DNA of 64,000 nt from an uncultured Gemmataceae bacterium. Lineage in GTDB: Bacteria; Planctomycetota; Planctomycetia; Gemmatales; Gemmataceae. The position numbers and the translations under genes were made by a program. Below are positions 17,891 to 29,747 of this stretch, piece after piece. Within the stretch, counting starts at the first letter, position 1; each line of letters opens with the position of its first letter. The stretch spans positions 64,001 to 128,000 of the forward strand of contig CAVVPN010000001.1 in NCBI GenBank assembly GCA_963750165.1. The letters run 5' to 3'. A model generated the notes under the pieces. That model saw only the letters and a program-made list of their open reading frames with translations, searched no databases and was not told where the DNA came from.

Positions 17891-20342
17891 ATGCCTATCC
17901 GATTCCCCTGCGCACTGCGGCAAACCGCTGGCCATCGGCACGCGCAAGGCGGGCCAGCCCATTACCTGTCCGTCGTGTCACGGCGACATGACCGTGCCCG
18001 CCGCCCCCCCTCCTGACGAACCACCGCCGGCGTCCGACGCTGCCCCGGCAGCGGACAACGCCGTGCCCTGGTACGTCGAGGCCCAGGCGCTGCTGGCGGC
18101 TGAGTCTTCCGCCCCGGCGCCAACGCCAGCTGAACCGCCGCGCATCGGCGTCCTCGTGGAAGACGGCGTCCGCACCGGGCCACCGCCCACCGCTGCCGCG
18201 CCGTCGCTGCGTTCCCTGCTGTCGGCCGTCAAGTTCCGGTCGCCCAGCCCGCACGTGCTCGCCGCCGTCGGCCTGCCGGCGCTGTTGCTGGCGCTTGGTG
18301 GTGTCGCCCTGATCGTCGCCGGCCTCCTGTCGCAGGAGCCGGAACCATCGCCGGACCAGCCGGCACAACCGCCGGCAGCGCCGCGGCAGACGGCCCAGGT
18401 ACGCGAGACCAGGATTCCCGCGCCGGCCGCACCCAGGAAAAGCCTGACGGCCGCCGTGCCCGCGACGGACGCCGACAAAAAGACTCCCGCGCCTCCCCAG
18501 CCGCCGGTGAAGCAGCCAGCGCCGGAAGTCGTCGAGCGGCCCGCGGCTGAGAAGCCCGAGTCGCCCACGAAGGAGGCCGTCCAGGAGCAGCCGAAACCCA
18601 GGGCCGAGGTGGTCCAGGAGCTGCCCCAGAAGCCGGCCACACCGCCGTTCCAGGTGAAACGGCGGACGCAGAGCACCGACGAGGACCTGCGCAAACAATT
18701 GCTGTTCGCCCCGGTGGTGGCGCTGGACGCGGTGCCAAAGACCACTCAGCAGCTAATCACTGCGGCCAAACAGCCGGGCAATCAGGGCAAGGACCTGGTG
18801 CCGATGCTGGCGATGCAGCGGGCGGACCTGTACGGCCTGCCGCTGCGCATGGGCCACGAGTGCCACACCGGCAAGGAGCCTGCCGAGCATTTGCAGGCGC
18901 TGTCGCGCAAGTTGCGCACACACATCGAGGCGGCGATCCCGCCGGCGCAGAACGGCGTCGTCACTGACCCACGGCCCGACCCGGAGATTCTGCGCCAGCG
19001 GCTGCTGGGCGACGCCGAGCGCAGAGCCTGGCTGCAGCCGGAGGCTATTCCCGCGCTGCAACAGCTGCTCATGGCCGAGAACAAGGCGGTGCGGCTGGTG
19101 CTGGTGGACGTGCTGGCACAGATCAAGGGCCGCGACGCCACGCGGGCACTGGCGATGCGCGCGCTGGTCGATCTGCACCCCGACGTGCGTGCGGCGGCAC
19201 TGCGGGCGCTGCGCGAGCGGCGGCGCGAGGACTTTGCAGACCTGTTCGTGGCCGGCTTCCGCTATCCCTGGCCGGCCGTCGCCGACCATGCCGCCGAGGG
19301 CGTCGTCGCCCTGGAATTGCACGACCTGGTGCCGCGGCTGATCGCACTGCTGGACCTGCCCGACCCGGCGGCGCCGTTCAAGATGACCATGCCCAACAAG
19401 AAGACGGTGGTGGTGACCCGCGAACTGGTGCGCATCAACCATCTGTCGAACTGCCTGCTGTGCCACGCGCCATCGTTCGACCGCGGCGACCTGGTGCGCG
19501 GCCTGGTGCCGACGCCCGGCGAGGCACTGCCGGCCCCCGTCTCGACGCCGCGCTACTACGAGGGCGACCGCGGCAACTTCGCCCGCGCCGACATTACCTA
19601 TTTGAAGCAGGATTTCTCGGTCTGCCAGCCGGTGCCCAACCACGGCCCGTGGCCCGGTCACCAGCGCTTCGACTACCTGATTCGCTTCCGCCCCGCGTCG
19701 GCGCAGGAGTTCGCCGCGTACCAGCTGAAGGCCCGCGATGCCAGGCCGATCTACCGGCAGAAGGACGCGGTGCTGTACACGCTGCGCGAGCTGACCGGCC
19801 AGGATCGCGGCATGACCACGGCGGCGTGGCTGAAGGATTCGCTGCTGAAATTCTCCAACCTGCCGTCACCGGCGGAGCAGGCGCGGAAGCTGAGCGCCGC
19901 CCTGGTGAAGGCGTCCGCGGAAAAGCAGCACGAGTTGCTGACGCTGTACATGGTGTCGGAAGATGCGGTGTACAACCTGGCCCTGGCGCAGGCGATCCCA
20001 CGGCTGCCGGCCGCCGCTCAGAAGAAGGGCCGTGAGGCGCTGACCGAACGGCTGATCCGCAGTCCCGAGGAGGTGCTGCGCGAACATCTGCGTGCGGCCG
20101 ACCCGGAGATTCGCCTGGCCGCTGTGGTCGCCAGCGGTCGCGCTGAGGCGAAGGCGCTGGTGCCGGACCTGATCGACTGCCTGGCCACGACCACGGACAA
20201 GGAGGTGACGTGGAAGGTGCGGCAGGCGCTGGAGCGGGTCACCGGCCAGGATTTTGGGCCGCCCTCGACCGCCACGCTTGCCGAGCGCGCCGCCGCCGTC
20301 GCCGAGTGGCGGGCGTGGTGGGCGAAGCAAGCGGCCAAATAA
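17891..20342 (+). CDS. Zn-ribbon / TM / Pro-rich linker / HEAT-repeat protein with CxxCH (apparent frameshift ~17912)
   Basis: MPIRFPC.. joins HCGKPL..CPSC in another frame; TM LLLALGGVALIVAGLL; CLLCH; HEAT repeats. Confidence 0.75.
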
Positions 20343-20539
20343 CCAGGATCCCATCTGGCCCCGTTTGCGTTTCGCGCTTCTTCCGTGGGGCAGACAGGAA
20401 TGTCCGCCCCACGGGAGCGCGCGCTCGGCCCCTGAAACTTTGCCTCCGTCCTGCCGGTATTTGCCATCACTTGGACAGTCGCTATCCTGATTGGTAAACG
20501 GTGCTGCCCGATTCCATCCATCCCTACCGAGGACGGTTC

Positions 20540-22303
20540 ATGCGAACCCTGTACTGCCCCCCGCGCTGCCTGTTACTGGCGGCCGCGGTCGCCATGACCT
20601 GCGGATCGCTGTCACGAACCGACGAGGCCAACCCCGATCGGGTCGGCCGTCAAATCGCCCCGTTCACCCTCAAGGACACGGCCGGCAAGACCTGGGCGCT
20701 CACCGACCTCAAGGACAAAAAAGCCGTCGTGGTCGTCTTCATCGGTACGCAGTGCCCCATCAATAACCTGTTCATGCCGCGCCTTTCCGAACTGCACGCG
20801 ACCTACGCCCCCAGGGGCGTGCAGATCCTGGCCGTCAACGCCAACCGCCACGACACACCGCGGGCCATCGCCGAGCACGCCCAGAAGCACAAGCTGCCAT
20901 TCCCGGTGCTGCGCGACCCCGGCAACAAGGTCGCGGATCAGTTCGGCGCCGAGCGCACCCCCGAGGCGTTCGTGCTCGACGCCGGGCGCGTCATCCGCTA
21001 CCAGGGTCGCATTGACGATCAGTTCGGCATCGGCTACCAGCGCAACCAGCCAACGCGCCGCGACCTGGCCGCGGCGCTTGACGAGCTGCTGGCCGGCAAG
21101 AAGGTCAGCGTGTCCAGCACGGCCGTCGCCGGCTGCTACATCGCCCGTGTCAGCACGCCGAAGGAGGGCACCGTCACCTACGCCAAGCACGTCAGCCGCA
21201 TCGTGCAGAACCGCTGCCAGGAGTGCCACCGCCCCGGCCAGATCGGGCCGATGCCGCTCTTGACCTACGACGACGCCAGCGCCTGGGCCGCGACCATCCA
21301 GGAGGTCATCCAGGAGAACCGTATGCCGCCCTGGCACGCGGACCCCAAACACGGCAAGTTCGCCAACGATCGCAGCCTGTCGAAGGCGGAGCGCGACACG
21401 CTGCTCACCTGGATCGATCAGGGCTGCCCGAAGGGCGACGACAAGGATTTGCCGGCGGCGAAGCCGTTCGCGCAGGGCTGGAACATCGGCAAGCCGGACG
21501 CGGTGTTCACCATGGAGAAGGCGTTCCCGGTGCCGGCCAAGGCGCCGAAAAAGGGCGTCAGCTATCAGCATTTCTACGTCAAGACGAATTACGACCGGGA
21601 TATGTGGGTGACGGCCGCGGAGGCCAAACCGGGCAACCACGCGGTGGTGCATCACATCATCGTCTATGCGTTCGCGACTGGCAGGAAGCAAATCAACCTG
21701 GACGACGGCATCGGCACCGGCTTCCTGGCGGCCTACGCCCCGGGCGAGCTGGGCGTGAAGTACCCGGCCGGCGCCGCCAAGAAGTTGCCCAAGGGCGCCA
21801 CGCTGGTGTTTCAGATGCACTACACGCCCAATGGCACCGAGCAGACCGATATGTCGTCGGTCGGCCTCGTCTTCGCCAAGGAGCCGCCGAAGAACGAGGT
21901 CAAGATGCGAGCCGTCATGAACTTCGCGTTCAAGATTCCGCCGGGCGCCGCGCACCACAAGGTCACGTCGAAGACCACGTTCAACAAGGACGCTCGGCTC
22001 TGGAGCCTGCTGCCGCACATGCACCTGCGCGGCAAGAGCTTCGAGTATGAGCTGGTTTACCCCGACGGTAAGCGCGAGGTGCTGCTGTCGGTACCGCGCT
22101 ATGATTTCGGCTGGCAGGCGACGTATCTGTTCGCGGAGCCGAAGTTCGTCCCGGCCGGCTCGCGCATCGAATGCACCGCCTACTTCGACAACTCGGCGAA
22201 GAACCCGAACAACCCCGACCCGACGACCGCCGTTCGCTGGGGCCAGCAGACGTGGGAAGAGATGATGATCGGGTTCCTGGACTATTCGTATGTTGGCAAG
22301 TAG
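20540..22303 (+). CDS. redoxin domain + cytochrome c + Cu type II ascorbate-dependent monooxygenase-like protein
   Basis: FIGTQCP, AERTPE, YQGRIDD (redoxin); CQECH; VVHHII, QMHY, PHMHLRG, EEM. Confidence 0.88.
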   Translation: MRTLYCPPRCLLLAAAVAMTCGSLSRTDEANPDRVGRQIAPFTLKDTAGKTWALTDLKDKKAVVVVFIGTQCPINNLFMPRLSELHATYAPRGVQILAVNANRHDTPRAIAEHAQKHKLPFPVLRDPGNKVADQFGAERTPEAFVLDAGRVIRYQGRIDDQFGIGYQRNQPTRRDLAAALDELLAGKKVSVSSTAVAGCYIARVSTPKEGTVTYAKHVSRIVQNRCQECHRPGQIGPMPLLTYDDASAWAATIQEVIQENRMPPWHADPKHGKFANDRSLSKAERDTLLTWIDQGCPKGDDKDLPAAKPFAQGWNIGKPDAVFTMEKAFPVPAKAPKKGVSYQHFYVKTNYDRDMWVTAAEAKPGNHAVVHHIIVYAFATGRKQINLDDGIGTGFLAAYAPGELGVKYPAGAAKKLPKGATLVFQMHYTPNGTEQTDMSSVGLVFAKEPPKNEVKMRAVMNFAFKIPPGAAHHKVTSKTTFNKDARLWSLLPHMHLRGKSFEYELVYPDGKREVLLSVPRYDFGWQATYLFAEPKFVPAGSRIECTAYFDNSAKNPNNPDPTTAVRWGQQTWEEMMIGFLDYSYVGK

Positions 22304-22459
22304 CTGCATTAGCGCGGTTCGCAGTCGCGTGCCACCCGCACAGGGCCAGGGCGCCAATTCTCGACGTATGAAAAAGTTGGCGTTCTTGGCGTTCTTGGCG
22401 TCCTTGCTGTGGCGACCGCCGCCGGTGGTGGTCGCGCCGTGCCACTCCCACGAGGAGGT

Positions 22460-22518
22460 GTAGGACGGCTCTCCAGAGCCGTCTGCTGCGACGCGACGGC
22501 TCTGGAGAGCCGTCCTAC
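22460..22518. repeat. REP-like palindrome (GTAGGACGGCTCTCCAGAGCCGTC family)
   Basis: inverted pair; further copies at 27829-27918 and a degenerate copy near 12089-12108. Confidence 0.8.
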
Positions 22519-22597
22519 ACCTCGCCTTCCCCGCATCCCGCACCGTAGAAGTATGGCTGCCGGAATGCAAGCGATCTATGAGCACCCGCAACGGTCA

Positions 22598-23335
22598 TTA
22601 TTCTAGCACCGCCAGGTAGTGGAACGGAATCACGCCCACGCGCACGGTCACGTCCTGCTCCTTGCCGGCGCGGTTGATGCGCAGCGTCAGTTCGGTGCCC
22701 GGTCGGGCCTGGCGCACTGCCTCGATGGTCGTGCGCAGGTCCGTCGCGGCCGTGGCGGCCACCCGGACGATGATGTCGTCCTTCTTCAGACCCGCCCGGA
22801 ACGCGGGACTGCCCTCCAGCGGCTGGGTGACCACCACCTGGTTCTTGTTCATGTCGAACTGCAGCATCATGCCGACGAACCCGCTCAGTCCCGCGTTGGG
22901 GTCGCTGTCCGCCCGGTCGCGCTGGAAGACCAGCAACCGCCGGTTGGCCTGGTCCCTGGTGGCGAACGTGGCGGGCCGGTCCTTGACGCCGTCCGTCTGG
23001 CCGTTGAGGCAGATTTTCAGCGTGTCCTTGTCGATGGTGTAAATCCCCTCGTAGGTCTTTTTGGTGGTGCGGAACTTCAGGTCGATGGTCTTCGGGTTCG
23101 CCCCGGCGTCGGCGACCAGGACGGCGAGTTCGTCGCCGCCGTAAAACACCTTGTCGCCCTTGACGAGCCAGCGCGGCTGGCCAGTGCTGAGCACGTTGGC
23201 GTTGCCGCCAGTCTCGACGGACACCAGTTTCCATTGGCCCTGCAGGGCGCGCGGGCCCTTCGGCTCCTGCGCGGCGCCCGGCCGCGGCGCCGCCAGCAGC
23301 GCGACGATCAGAAGGCAAGCGAGCTTGACGTACAT
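22598..23335 (-). CDS. TIGR03067 domain + PDZ domain secreted protein
   Basis: LQGQWKLVS, PKTIDL, GIYTIDKDTLKICL, RPATF; GSPAFRAGLKKDDII (PDZ). Confidence 0.88.
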   Translation of the reverse strand: MYVKLACLLIVALLAAPRPGAAQEPKGPRALQGQWKLVSVETGGNANVLSTGQPRWLVKGDKVFYGGDELAVLVADAGANPKTIDLKFRTTKKTYEGIYTIDKDTLKICLNGQTDGVKDRPATFATRDQANRRLLVFQRDRADSDPNAGLSGFVGMMLQFDMNKNQVVVTQPLEGSPAFRAGLKKDDIIVRVAATAATDLRTTIEAVRQARPGTELTLRINRAGKEQDVTVRVGVIPFHYLAVLE

Positions 23336-23485
23336 GCGTGGTCCTCCCGGGGAAGCACCTGTCAGGTGCGGTTGAAGTAAGCGTCCAAGGCCGCCAATGG
23401 TAAAGTGACGATCTCGCTGGCAGCGCCCAACTGGAGCGTTGCGCCAGGTCGTGGAGCGCGCTGGCGGCAAGAGGTGCGGCCGGCG

Positions 23486-24379
23486 TCAGTCGGCCAGCGT
23501 CAGCTCGAAGGCCTGGCGGTCGCGGAAGCCGCCGGCGGCCGGGTCGAAGGAGCGCCGTCGCACCCGGCAGTGGTTGCCCTCGAAGACGTATTCCGCGTAG
23601 GACCAGACCTTGGTCTGCGTGGCACTGCCGGCGTTGATGACCGGGAACGGCGCCCGCGGCGGCGCCAGCAGGTGATACGAGGCGTGCCGATGGCCGTGCA
23701 GCCACAGCCGCACCCCGCCGCGCGCCGCCACGTCAATGAGCTGGGCGGCGTCGCGCAGGCCGCGCCACGGACTCTCGCGCCGCCCACTCGACAGGCACAC
23801 TGGGTAGTGTGTCACCAGGATTTTCGGCCCCGGCTCCAGGCGTGCCAGCAGCAGTTCCAGTCGCTCCAGCTGCGGCCGGCCGACCCGGCCGGTGGCGTCC
23901 CAGGCCCAGCGGTTGCCCGACGACGAGTTCACCGCGATCAGGTTCAAATGGCCCACCCGCTGCGCGAACGGATAGACCTCCGTGCCGACGCGCTGCCCCT
24001 GTTGCCACGGCGCGAAGTAGCGCTCGAACAGGCCCTGCGCGGCGCTGTGCCGCGTGTAGTAGTCGTGGTTGCCGGGCACCGCGAGGCCGGGCGGCAGCGC
24101 CGGGTCGCCGACACCCAGGATGGCTGCGGCCCGCTGGAACTCGGCCTCGAAGCCCATCGCGGTGGCGTCGCCGGAGAAAACGATATGGTCGGGGCGGCGC
24201 TGGCGCAGCTCGGCCATCAGCCGCTGCAGGACTTCGGGGGCGCGGCGGAAGCGGTAACGGCGGCCCAGCCAGCGGAAGTTGATCCAGCCGGCCATGCGCT
24301 TGCTGAAGTAGTCCCGGCGCCGCCATTCCAGGTGCGGGGCGGTGATGTGGATGTCGCTGAGGTGCGCGAGACGGACCAT
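23486..24379 (-). CDS. calcineurin-like metallophosphoesterase
   Basis: SDIH, SGD, PGNHD, LHGHRH motifs. Confidence 0.92.
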   Translation of the reverse strand: MVRLAHLSDIHITAPHLEWRRRDYFSKRMAGWINFRWLGRRYRFRRAPEVLQRLMAELRQRRPDHIVFSGDATAMGFEAEFQRAAAILGVGDPALPPGLAVPGNHDYYTRHSAAQGLFERYFAPWQQGQRVGTEVYPFAQRVGHLNLIAVNSSSGNRWAWDATGRVGRPQLERLELLLARLEPGPKILVTHYPVCLSSGRRESPWRGLRDAAQLIDVAARGGVRLWLHGHRHASYHLLAPPRAPFPVINAGSATQTKVWSYAEYVFEGNHCRVRRRSFDPAAGGFRDRQAFELTLAD

Positions 24380-24522
24380 GCGTCGGCCCTGCGTTGCGCC
24401 GCGGCCGTGGCGGCGACCGGATGCGTGGCCCTGTCGGGCCGTCCTTTGTACAATGTCCGCGAACCTCCCGAGCGGCGAGGGGTGGCTCGCACGCAGCAAT
24501 ATCCTACAAGGAACCTGCTCCG

Positions 24523-24906
24523 ATGCCCAAGGTTGTTTTCGTCAACGAGAAAAAAGAGATCGAGGTGCCCGAGGGCGCCAACCTCCGCACTGAGGCGCTC
24601 AAGGCGGGCGTCCAGGTCTACAAGGGGATCAACCGCGTCCTCAACTGCCTGGGCCACGGCACCTGCGGCACCTGTGCGGTGCTGATCAAGAAGGGCACGG
24701 AGAACCTGAGCAAGCCCGGCCTGATCGAGCGCTTCACCCTGTTCCGCATGCTCTCCAGCATTGGCCACGAACAGGAGATGCGCCTGGCGTGCCAGTGTAC
24801 CGTCAAGGGCGACTGCACCGTCGAGACCAAACCGGGGTTGCAGCTATCGCCGGAGCCCGACGCCAAGGGCAAGCAGTTCTGGGAGACGCCCTGGCCGAAC
24901 AAGTGA
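24523..24906 (+). CDS. 2Fe-2S ferredoxin
   Basis: CLGHGTCGTC...RLACQC. Confidence 0.92.
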   Translation: MPKVVFVNEKKEIEVPEGANLRTEALKAGVQVYKGINRVLNCLGHGTCGTCAVLIKKGTENLSKPGLIERFTLFRMLSSIGHEQEMRLACQCTVKGDCTVETKPGLQLSPEPDAKGKQFWETPWPNK

Positions 24907-24918
24907 CCGCCGGGACCG

Positions 24919-25803
24919 TCACCAGATCGAGACGGCCAGTTCCAGTTCGAGGTGGAAGCGCTCCTGCACCCGGCTGCGCACAAGGTCGATGAGCCGCAGC
25001 ATATCGCGGGCGGTGGCTCCGGGGTGCGCGACCGCGTAGCTGGCGTCGCGCTCGCTGACCTCGGCGCCGCCAACACGGGCCCGCGCCAGTCCGGCCTGCT
25101 CGACGAGCTGGTCGGCGTTCAGGCCGCGCGGATCCTGGAACAGCCGGCACGCCGCCTGGAAGCTGAACGGCTGCCGCGCCTTGCGCTGAATCCACGCCTT
25201 GCGCATACGCTTGACGATGGCGTCCGCGGCGTCCGCCTCCAATTCAAACGTCGCCGCCACCAGTACCGGGTCGTCCTGCGGCCCCCAGCCCTGCACCAGG
25301 CGCAGTTCCTCACCTTCGCGGCGCTGCAAGTTGCCGGCGCCGTCGATGACCTCCAGGCCGCGCAGGGGCTGGGCCAACTCGCCGCTGCAATGCCGCAGCG
25401 CTCCGCCGACGGTGCCGGGCGTGCCGACCAGCGCCTCCAGCCCCGCCAGACCGTGTCGTGCCGCCTGCGAGATCAGCGCTGCCAGACTGGCGCCGGCGCC
25501 CGCCCGGACGCGCGGGCCCTGCACGGCGACCTCGGTGAAGGCCGGTGCGCTGAGCCGCAGCACGACGCCGCGCACGCCCTCGTCGCGAACCAACACGTTG
25601 CAGCCGCCGCCGAGCAGGCGCAGCGGCAGCTGCCGCTCGACACAGCGGCGGACCAGGGCGGTCAGTTCGTCCAGGGAGCGGGGTTGCGCCAGCGCTTCGG
25701 TTGGGCCGCCGAGTTTGAGGTGCGTGTACGGGGCCAGCGGCTCGTCGAACTTGACGAACGCGGCGAACTCGTCCAGGCTCTGGCGCAGATCGTGGGAGGC
25801 CAT
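24919..25803 (-). CDS. murB: UDP-N-acetylmuramate dehydrogenase
   Basis: EPLAPYTHLKLGGP, LGGGCNVLVRD, GLEALVGTPGTVGGAL, VGGAEVSE, LELE. Confidence 0.88.
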   Translation of the reverse strand: MASHDLRQSLDEFAAFVKFDEPLAPYTHLKLGGPTEALAQPRSLDELTALVRRCVERQLPLRLLGGGCNVLVRDEGVRGVVLRLSAPAFTEVAVQGPRVRAGAGASLAALISQAARHGLAGLEALVGTPGTVGGALRHCSGELAQPLRGLEVIDGAGNLQRREGEELRLVQGWGPQDDPVLVAATFELEADAADAIVKRMRKAWIQRKARQPFSFQAACRLFQDPRGLNADQLVEQAGLARARVGGAEVSERDASYAVAHPGATARDMLRLIDLVRSRVQERFHLELELAVSIW

Positions 25804-25862
25804 TCCAAATTCTCCTAATTGCAAATTGAAAGACCGGAGATTGCTGTCTTTCAATTTGCAAT

Positions 25863-26630
25863 TCAAAAGCCCAGGTCCTTCAACCGGCCGACTAGATTGC
25901 CGTAGCGCGGCGCCTGGTCGCGGTAGCCGCCGCTGACGCGGATGAGCGGGTTGCACCAGTTGATGAGTGTGAGGTGGTCGCCCTCCCACACGTCCTGGAC
26001 CTCGCCGTAGGCGGCGGATGCCAGCGACACCACGCCGTCGTTGGGCCCCTCGGCATCGCGGACGATCTGCGCTGGCAGCAGCCACTCCGGCGTCAGGAAA
26101 TGGCCGTCGTAGCGGGCGGCCACCGAGAAATACCGCACCGCCGCCGTGTCCGGCACCTCCATGTTGAACTGGCGGCAGTCGCGGACGGTCAGGTCGTAAA
26201 AGCCCTGGACGGGCACGCACAGCAGCTGCAGCAACGGCTTGAGGATGCGTTCAAAGCGGCCGAGGGCCCAATCGGCGAAGGGCGAACCGCGGTGGGGCGT
26301 GCCCAGCGTCGTCAGCGTCAGCACCCGGCAGCCCATGCCCAGGCGCGAGATCATGTAGCGGGCGTCGAGGCCGCCCATACTATGCGCGAAGATGTGGACC
26401 GGTTCATTGGGCAGCACCCGGTCGAGGTATGCCTTGAGCTGGGCGGCGCGGAAGGCGATGGCGCCAGTCGCGCTGAGACGCGGCACGAGGACGTGGTTGC
26501 CGCCGGCGCGCAGGTGCCCCGGGATGTTGGCGAAGTAGTTGGCCAACTTCAAGCCGGCCATGCGAATTTCGGTGAAGCCGAAGATGCCGTGGACCAGCAC
26601 GATCGGCGCACGGAGTTTTGGGGCCTTCAT
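25863..26630 (-). CDS. alpha/beta hydrolase (lipase/esterase)
   Basis: PIVLVHG, AHSMGG nucleophile elbow, GTPHRGS, NDGVV, GDH. Confidence 0.92.
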   Translation of the reverse strand: MKAPKLRAPIVLVHGIFGFTEIRMAGLKLANYFANIPGHLRAGGNHVLVPRLSATGAIAFRAAQLKAYLDRVLPNEPVHIFAHSMGGLDARYMISRLGMGCRVLTLTTLGTPHRGSPFADWALGRFERILKPLLQLLCVPVQGFYDLTVRDCRQFNMEVPDTAAVRYFSVAARYDGHFLTPEWLLPAQIVRDAEGPNDGVVSLASAAYGEVQDVWEGDHLTLINWCNPLIRVSGGYRDQAPRYGNLVGRLKDLGF

Positions 26631-26849
26631 GAACGACGCTCCGTCAACGCACACTACAAGACATTTTGAATCATAGGTGACAATGGCCGGAAGTGGCAAT
26701 ACGCACCCTTTTATGGGACCATTGGCGGAGCCGCTTTTTCCGGAATAACCCGTAGGCGCGGAACGTGGCACGGCTCTGGTGAACCGTGCTACGTTCCGTG
26801 CGCCCCCAGAGGGAAACCTGAAAAAAACCGATCGAAGTCAAAAAAAGGC

Positions 26850-26878
26850 TTGGCGGCGCTTGACGGTGCTGCTATAAT
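26850..26878 (+). promoter_or_regulatory. sigma70-like promoter
   Basis: TTGGCG-17 nt-TATAAT with extended -10 TG and upstream A-tracts. Confidence 0.5.
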
Positions 26879-27433
26879 CCTCCAATTAAGCGGTTACAAA
26901 CCGCTGATTGGTGGATTGGGTTGGAAGTGCCATAGCAGGAGAACCTTTTTCGGTCCAGATTTGAGTCCCGTCCCTCTCTGCGTTCTTCGATGGCGTACCA
27001 CTCGCGCGTGTACACATTCCCGTCCGCAAGATCCCGAGAAGGTGGGGAACCCCGGCCCCCGAGTCTGGCCTTTCCAGGTGGTCCTAACCAACATCCGACC
27101 GCCCGTGCGGTTCCGAATGGGCCGGAGAAAGTGCAGGGTGAACCCCGTAGGCCCGATGACCGTCATGCTTTCGATGGTTTTGCGGCCGGGGCCGGGGCCG
27201 GGCTGTGGGCTCGGTGCCGTGTCCGCCGGCTGGCGACCCGCGTAACCCGGTGAGGATCCGCCCCGTTCTGGACACCGGCGGATCGTGGTTTCCTTCTGCT
27301 TTTTGTGTGTGCCGGCCGGGGAGTTCCCGCGCAGGCCGGGGGTGTGGTCCCCGCCTGGCGTCCTGACGCGTCTGTCAGGCTCCCCTCGTCCGGGAGTCCG
27401 CCCCGGAACGCCGCGGCACGGAAAGGTTCTGTG

Positions 27434-27799
27434 ATGGCGAAGAATATTTACGTCGGCAATCTCGTGTGGGATGCCTCCGCCGACGACCTGCTGGCCCTGT
27501 TCCAGGAGCACGGCAAGGTAACGCGCGCCCAGGTGATTACGGATCGTGAAACGGGACGCTCGCGCGGGTTCGGGTTCGTCGAGATGGAGAACGACGGGGA
27601 GGCCCAGAAGGCCATCGACGCCCTGAACGGCGCCGACTTCCAGGGCCGACCCCTGACGGTCAACGAGGCCAAGCCCCGCGAAGATCGGGGCGGTGGTGGT
27701 GGCGGCGGCGGTCCGCGGGGCTTTGGCGGCCCGCGCGGCGGCTCCGGCGGTGGTCCGCGCGGCTACGGCGGCGGTACTGATCGCGGCCGGCGCTACTAG
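27434..27799 (+). CDS. RRM RNA-binding protein with Gly-rich tail
   Basis: RNP2 IYVGNL, RNP1 RGFGFVEM. Confidence 0.95.
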   Translation: MAKNIYVGNLVWDASADDLLALFQEHGKVTRAQVITDRETGRSRGFGFVEMENDGEAQKAIDALNGADFQGRPLTVNEAKPREDRGGGGGGGGPRGFGGPRGGSGGGPRGYGGGTDRGRRY

Positions 27800-28185
27800 A
27801 ACGTTTCACGAACGGTTCGCGCACAAGTGGTAGGACGGCTCTCCAGAGCCGTCCGCGTTCCCCCAACAACTCTCCAGAGCCGTCCGCGTTCTCCCAACGG
27901 CTCTCCGGAGCCGTCCTATCACTTACTCTTGCTTGCCCCGCGGCCGTGCGGTGCATCTTCCCTGGCGGGTGAAACGGCGGCGGGCTCTGCCAGACGATGA
28001 CGCGCAGCGCGTGGATGTCAGTGCTGATCGGCGAGTGCATTTGACGGCCGGACCACCCTGACCCCGTTTCCAGTTTCGCGCTCTTCAAGCGCGCGAAACG
28101 TAAACAGGGCGCGTTGGCAAAGCGCGTGGCGGTCACTATCGTGACGCTATTCTCTGCCACGATTCCCGAACCGCACGGTGCAGGC

Positions 28186-29500
28186 ATGGCCTACTTCCCC
28201 GAAGTCCCGACGATCCGTTACGAGGGCTCGACCTCGACCAACCCGCTCAGCTTCCGCCATTACAACGCCGACGAGAAGGTCGAAGGCAAGACCATGAAGG
28301 AGCACCTGCGCTTCGCCGTGGCCTACTGGCACACGCTGCGCGGCACGGGTAGCGACCCCTTCGGTCCCGGTTGTGCCAAACGCTCCTGGGAGGACGGCAC
28401 CGACTCGGTGGACATGGCTGTCACCCGCGTCAAGGTGATGTTCGAGTTCCTGGAAAAGCTCGGCGCCCCGTTCTACTGCTTCCACGACCGCGACGTGGCG
28501 CCGGAGGGCAAAAACCTCCGCGAGACCAACGCCAACCTGGATCGGGTCGTGAAGGTGCTCCGGGACGAGCAGCAGCGCACAGGCGTCAAGCTGCTGTGGG
28601 GCACCGCCAACCTGTTCAGCAATCCGCGCTTCGTGCATGGCGCCGCCACCAGCCCCAACGCCGACGTGTTCGCCTACGCCGCCGCCCAGGTCAAGAAGGC
28701 CATCGAGGTGACGAAGGACCTCGGCGGCGAGAACTACGTCTTCTGGGGCGGCCGCGAAGGTTACTCCAACCTGCTCAACACCGACCTGAAGCGTGAACTC
28801 GACCACCTGGCTCGCTTCTTCCACCTGGCCGTTGAGTACAAGAAGAAGATCGGCTTTGGCGGCCAATTCCTGATCGAGCCGAAGCCGAAGGAGCCGACCG
28901 TCCACCAGTACGACTTCGACTGCGCCGCCGTGGTCGCGTTCCTGCGCACCTACGGCCTGGCGGACCACTTCAAACTGAACGTCGAGACCAACCACGCGAC
29001 GCTGGCCGGCCACACGATGATGCACGAGCTGACGTACGCCTCGGCGCAAGGGCTGCTCGGTTCGATGGACGCCAACCGCGGCGATCTGCTGCTGGGCTGG
29101 GACACCGATCAGTTCCCGACGGACTATTACCTGACGACGCAGTGCATGCTGGTGATTCTGGGGCAGGGTGGCCTGGCGCCCGGCGGTATCAACTTCGACG
29201 CCAAGGTGCGCCGCGAGAGTTTCGAGCCGGTTGATCTGTTCCACGCGCCACATCGGCGGCATGGACGCCTTTGCGGCGGGGCTCAAGATCGCCGCCAGGG
29301 TCCGCGCCGAGGGCGTGCTCAAGGACTTCGTCAAGAAGCGCTACGCCTCGTGGGACGGCGGCATCGGCGCGAAGGTCGAGCAGCAGGCCGCTACCTTCGA
29401 GGATCTGGAAGCGTACATGCTCGAGAAGGGCGACGCGACGGCGAACGTGTCGGGGCGGCAGGAGATGCTGGAGAACCTCTTCAATCGGTATCTTTATTGA
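28186..29500 (+). CDS. xylA: xylose isomerase, class II (apparent +1 frameshift ~29249)
   Basis: [35 protein letters not shown]-terminus HIGGMD...SGRQEMLE in the next frame. Confidence 0.93.
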
Positions 29501-29747
29501 TCCTCTTCTGCGGCGTGCTGCCGGGGGGAGCGCAGGAATCTGCAAGAAAATCGGCCGCGCTGCGCCCGGCGGGGGCTGATCACGGTTGCAGGCAGCGGCG
29601 GACGGAGCGCGGCGGCTGGCACGGCGGGGCGCCGGCTGTCGCCGGCTGACTGAGCAAGGACGCCAAGAACGCCAAGAACGCCAACTTTTTCACGAGCCGG
29701 GGCCTGGCGGCACGGTTCCCATCGGCGGGGTGCCACCAGGGGACATT

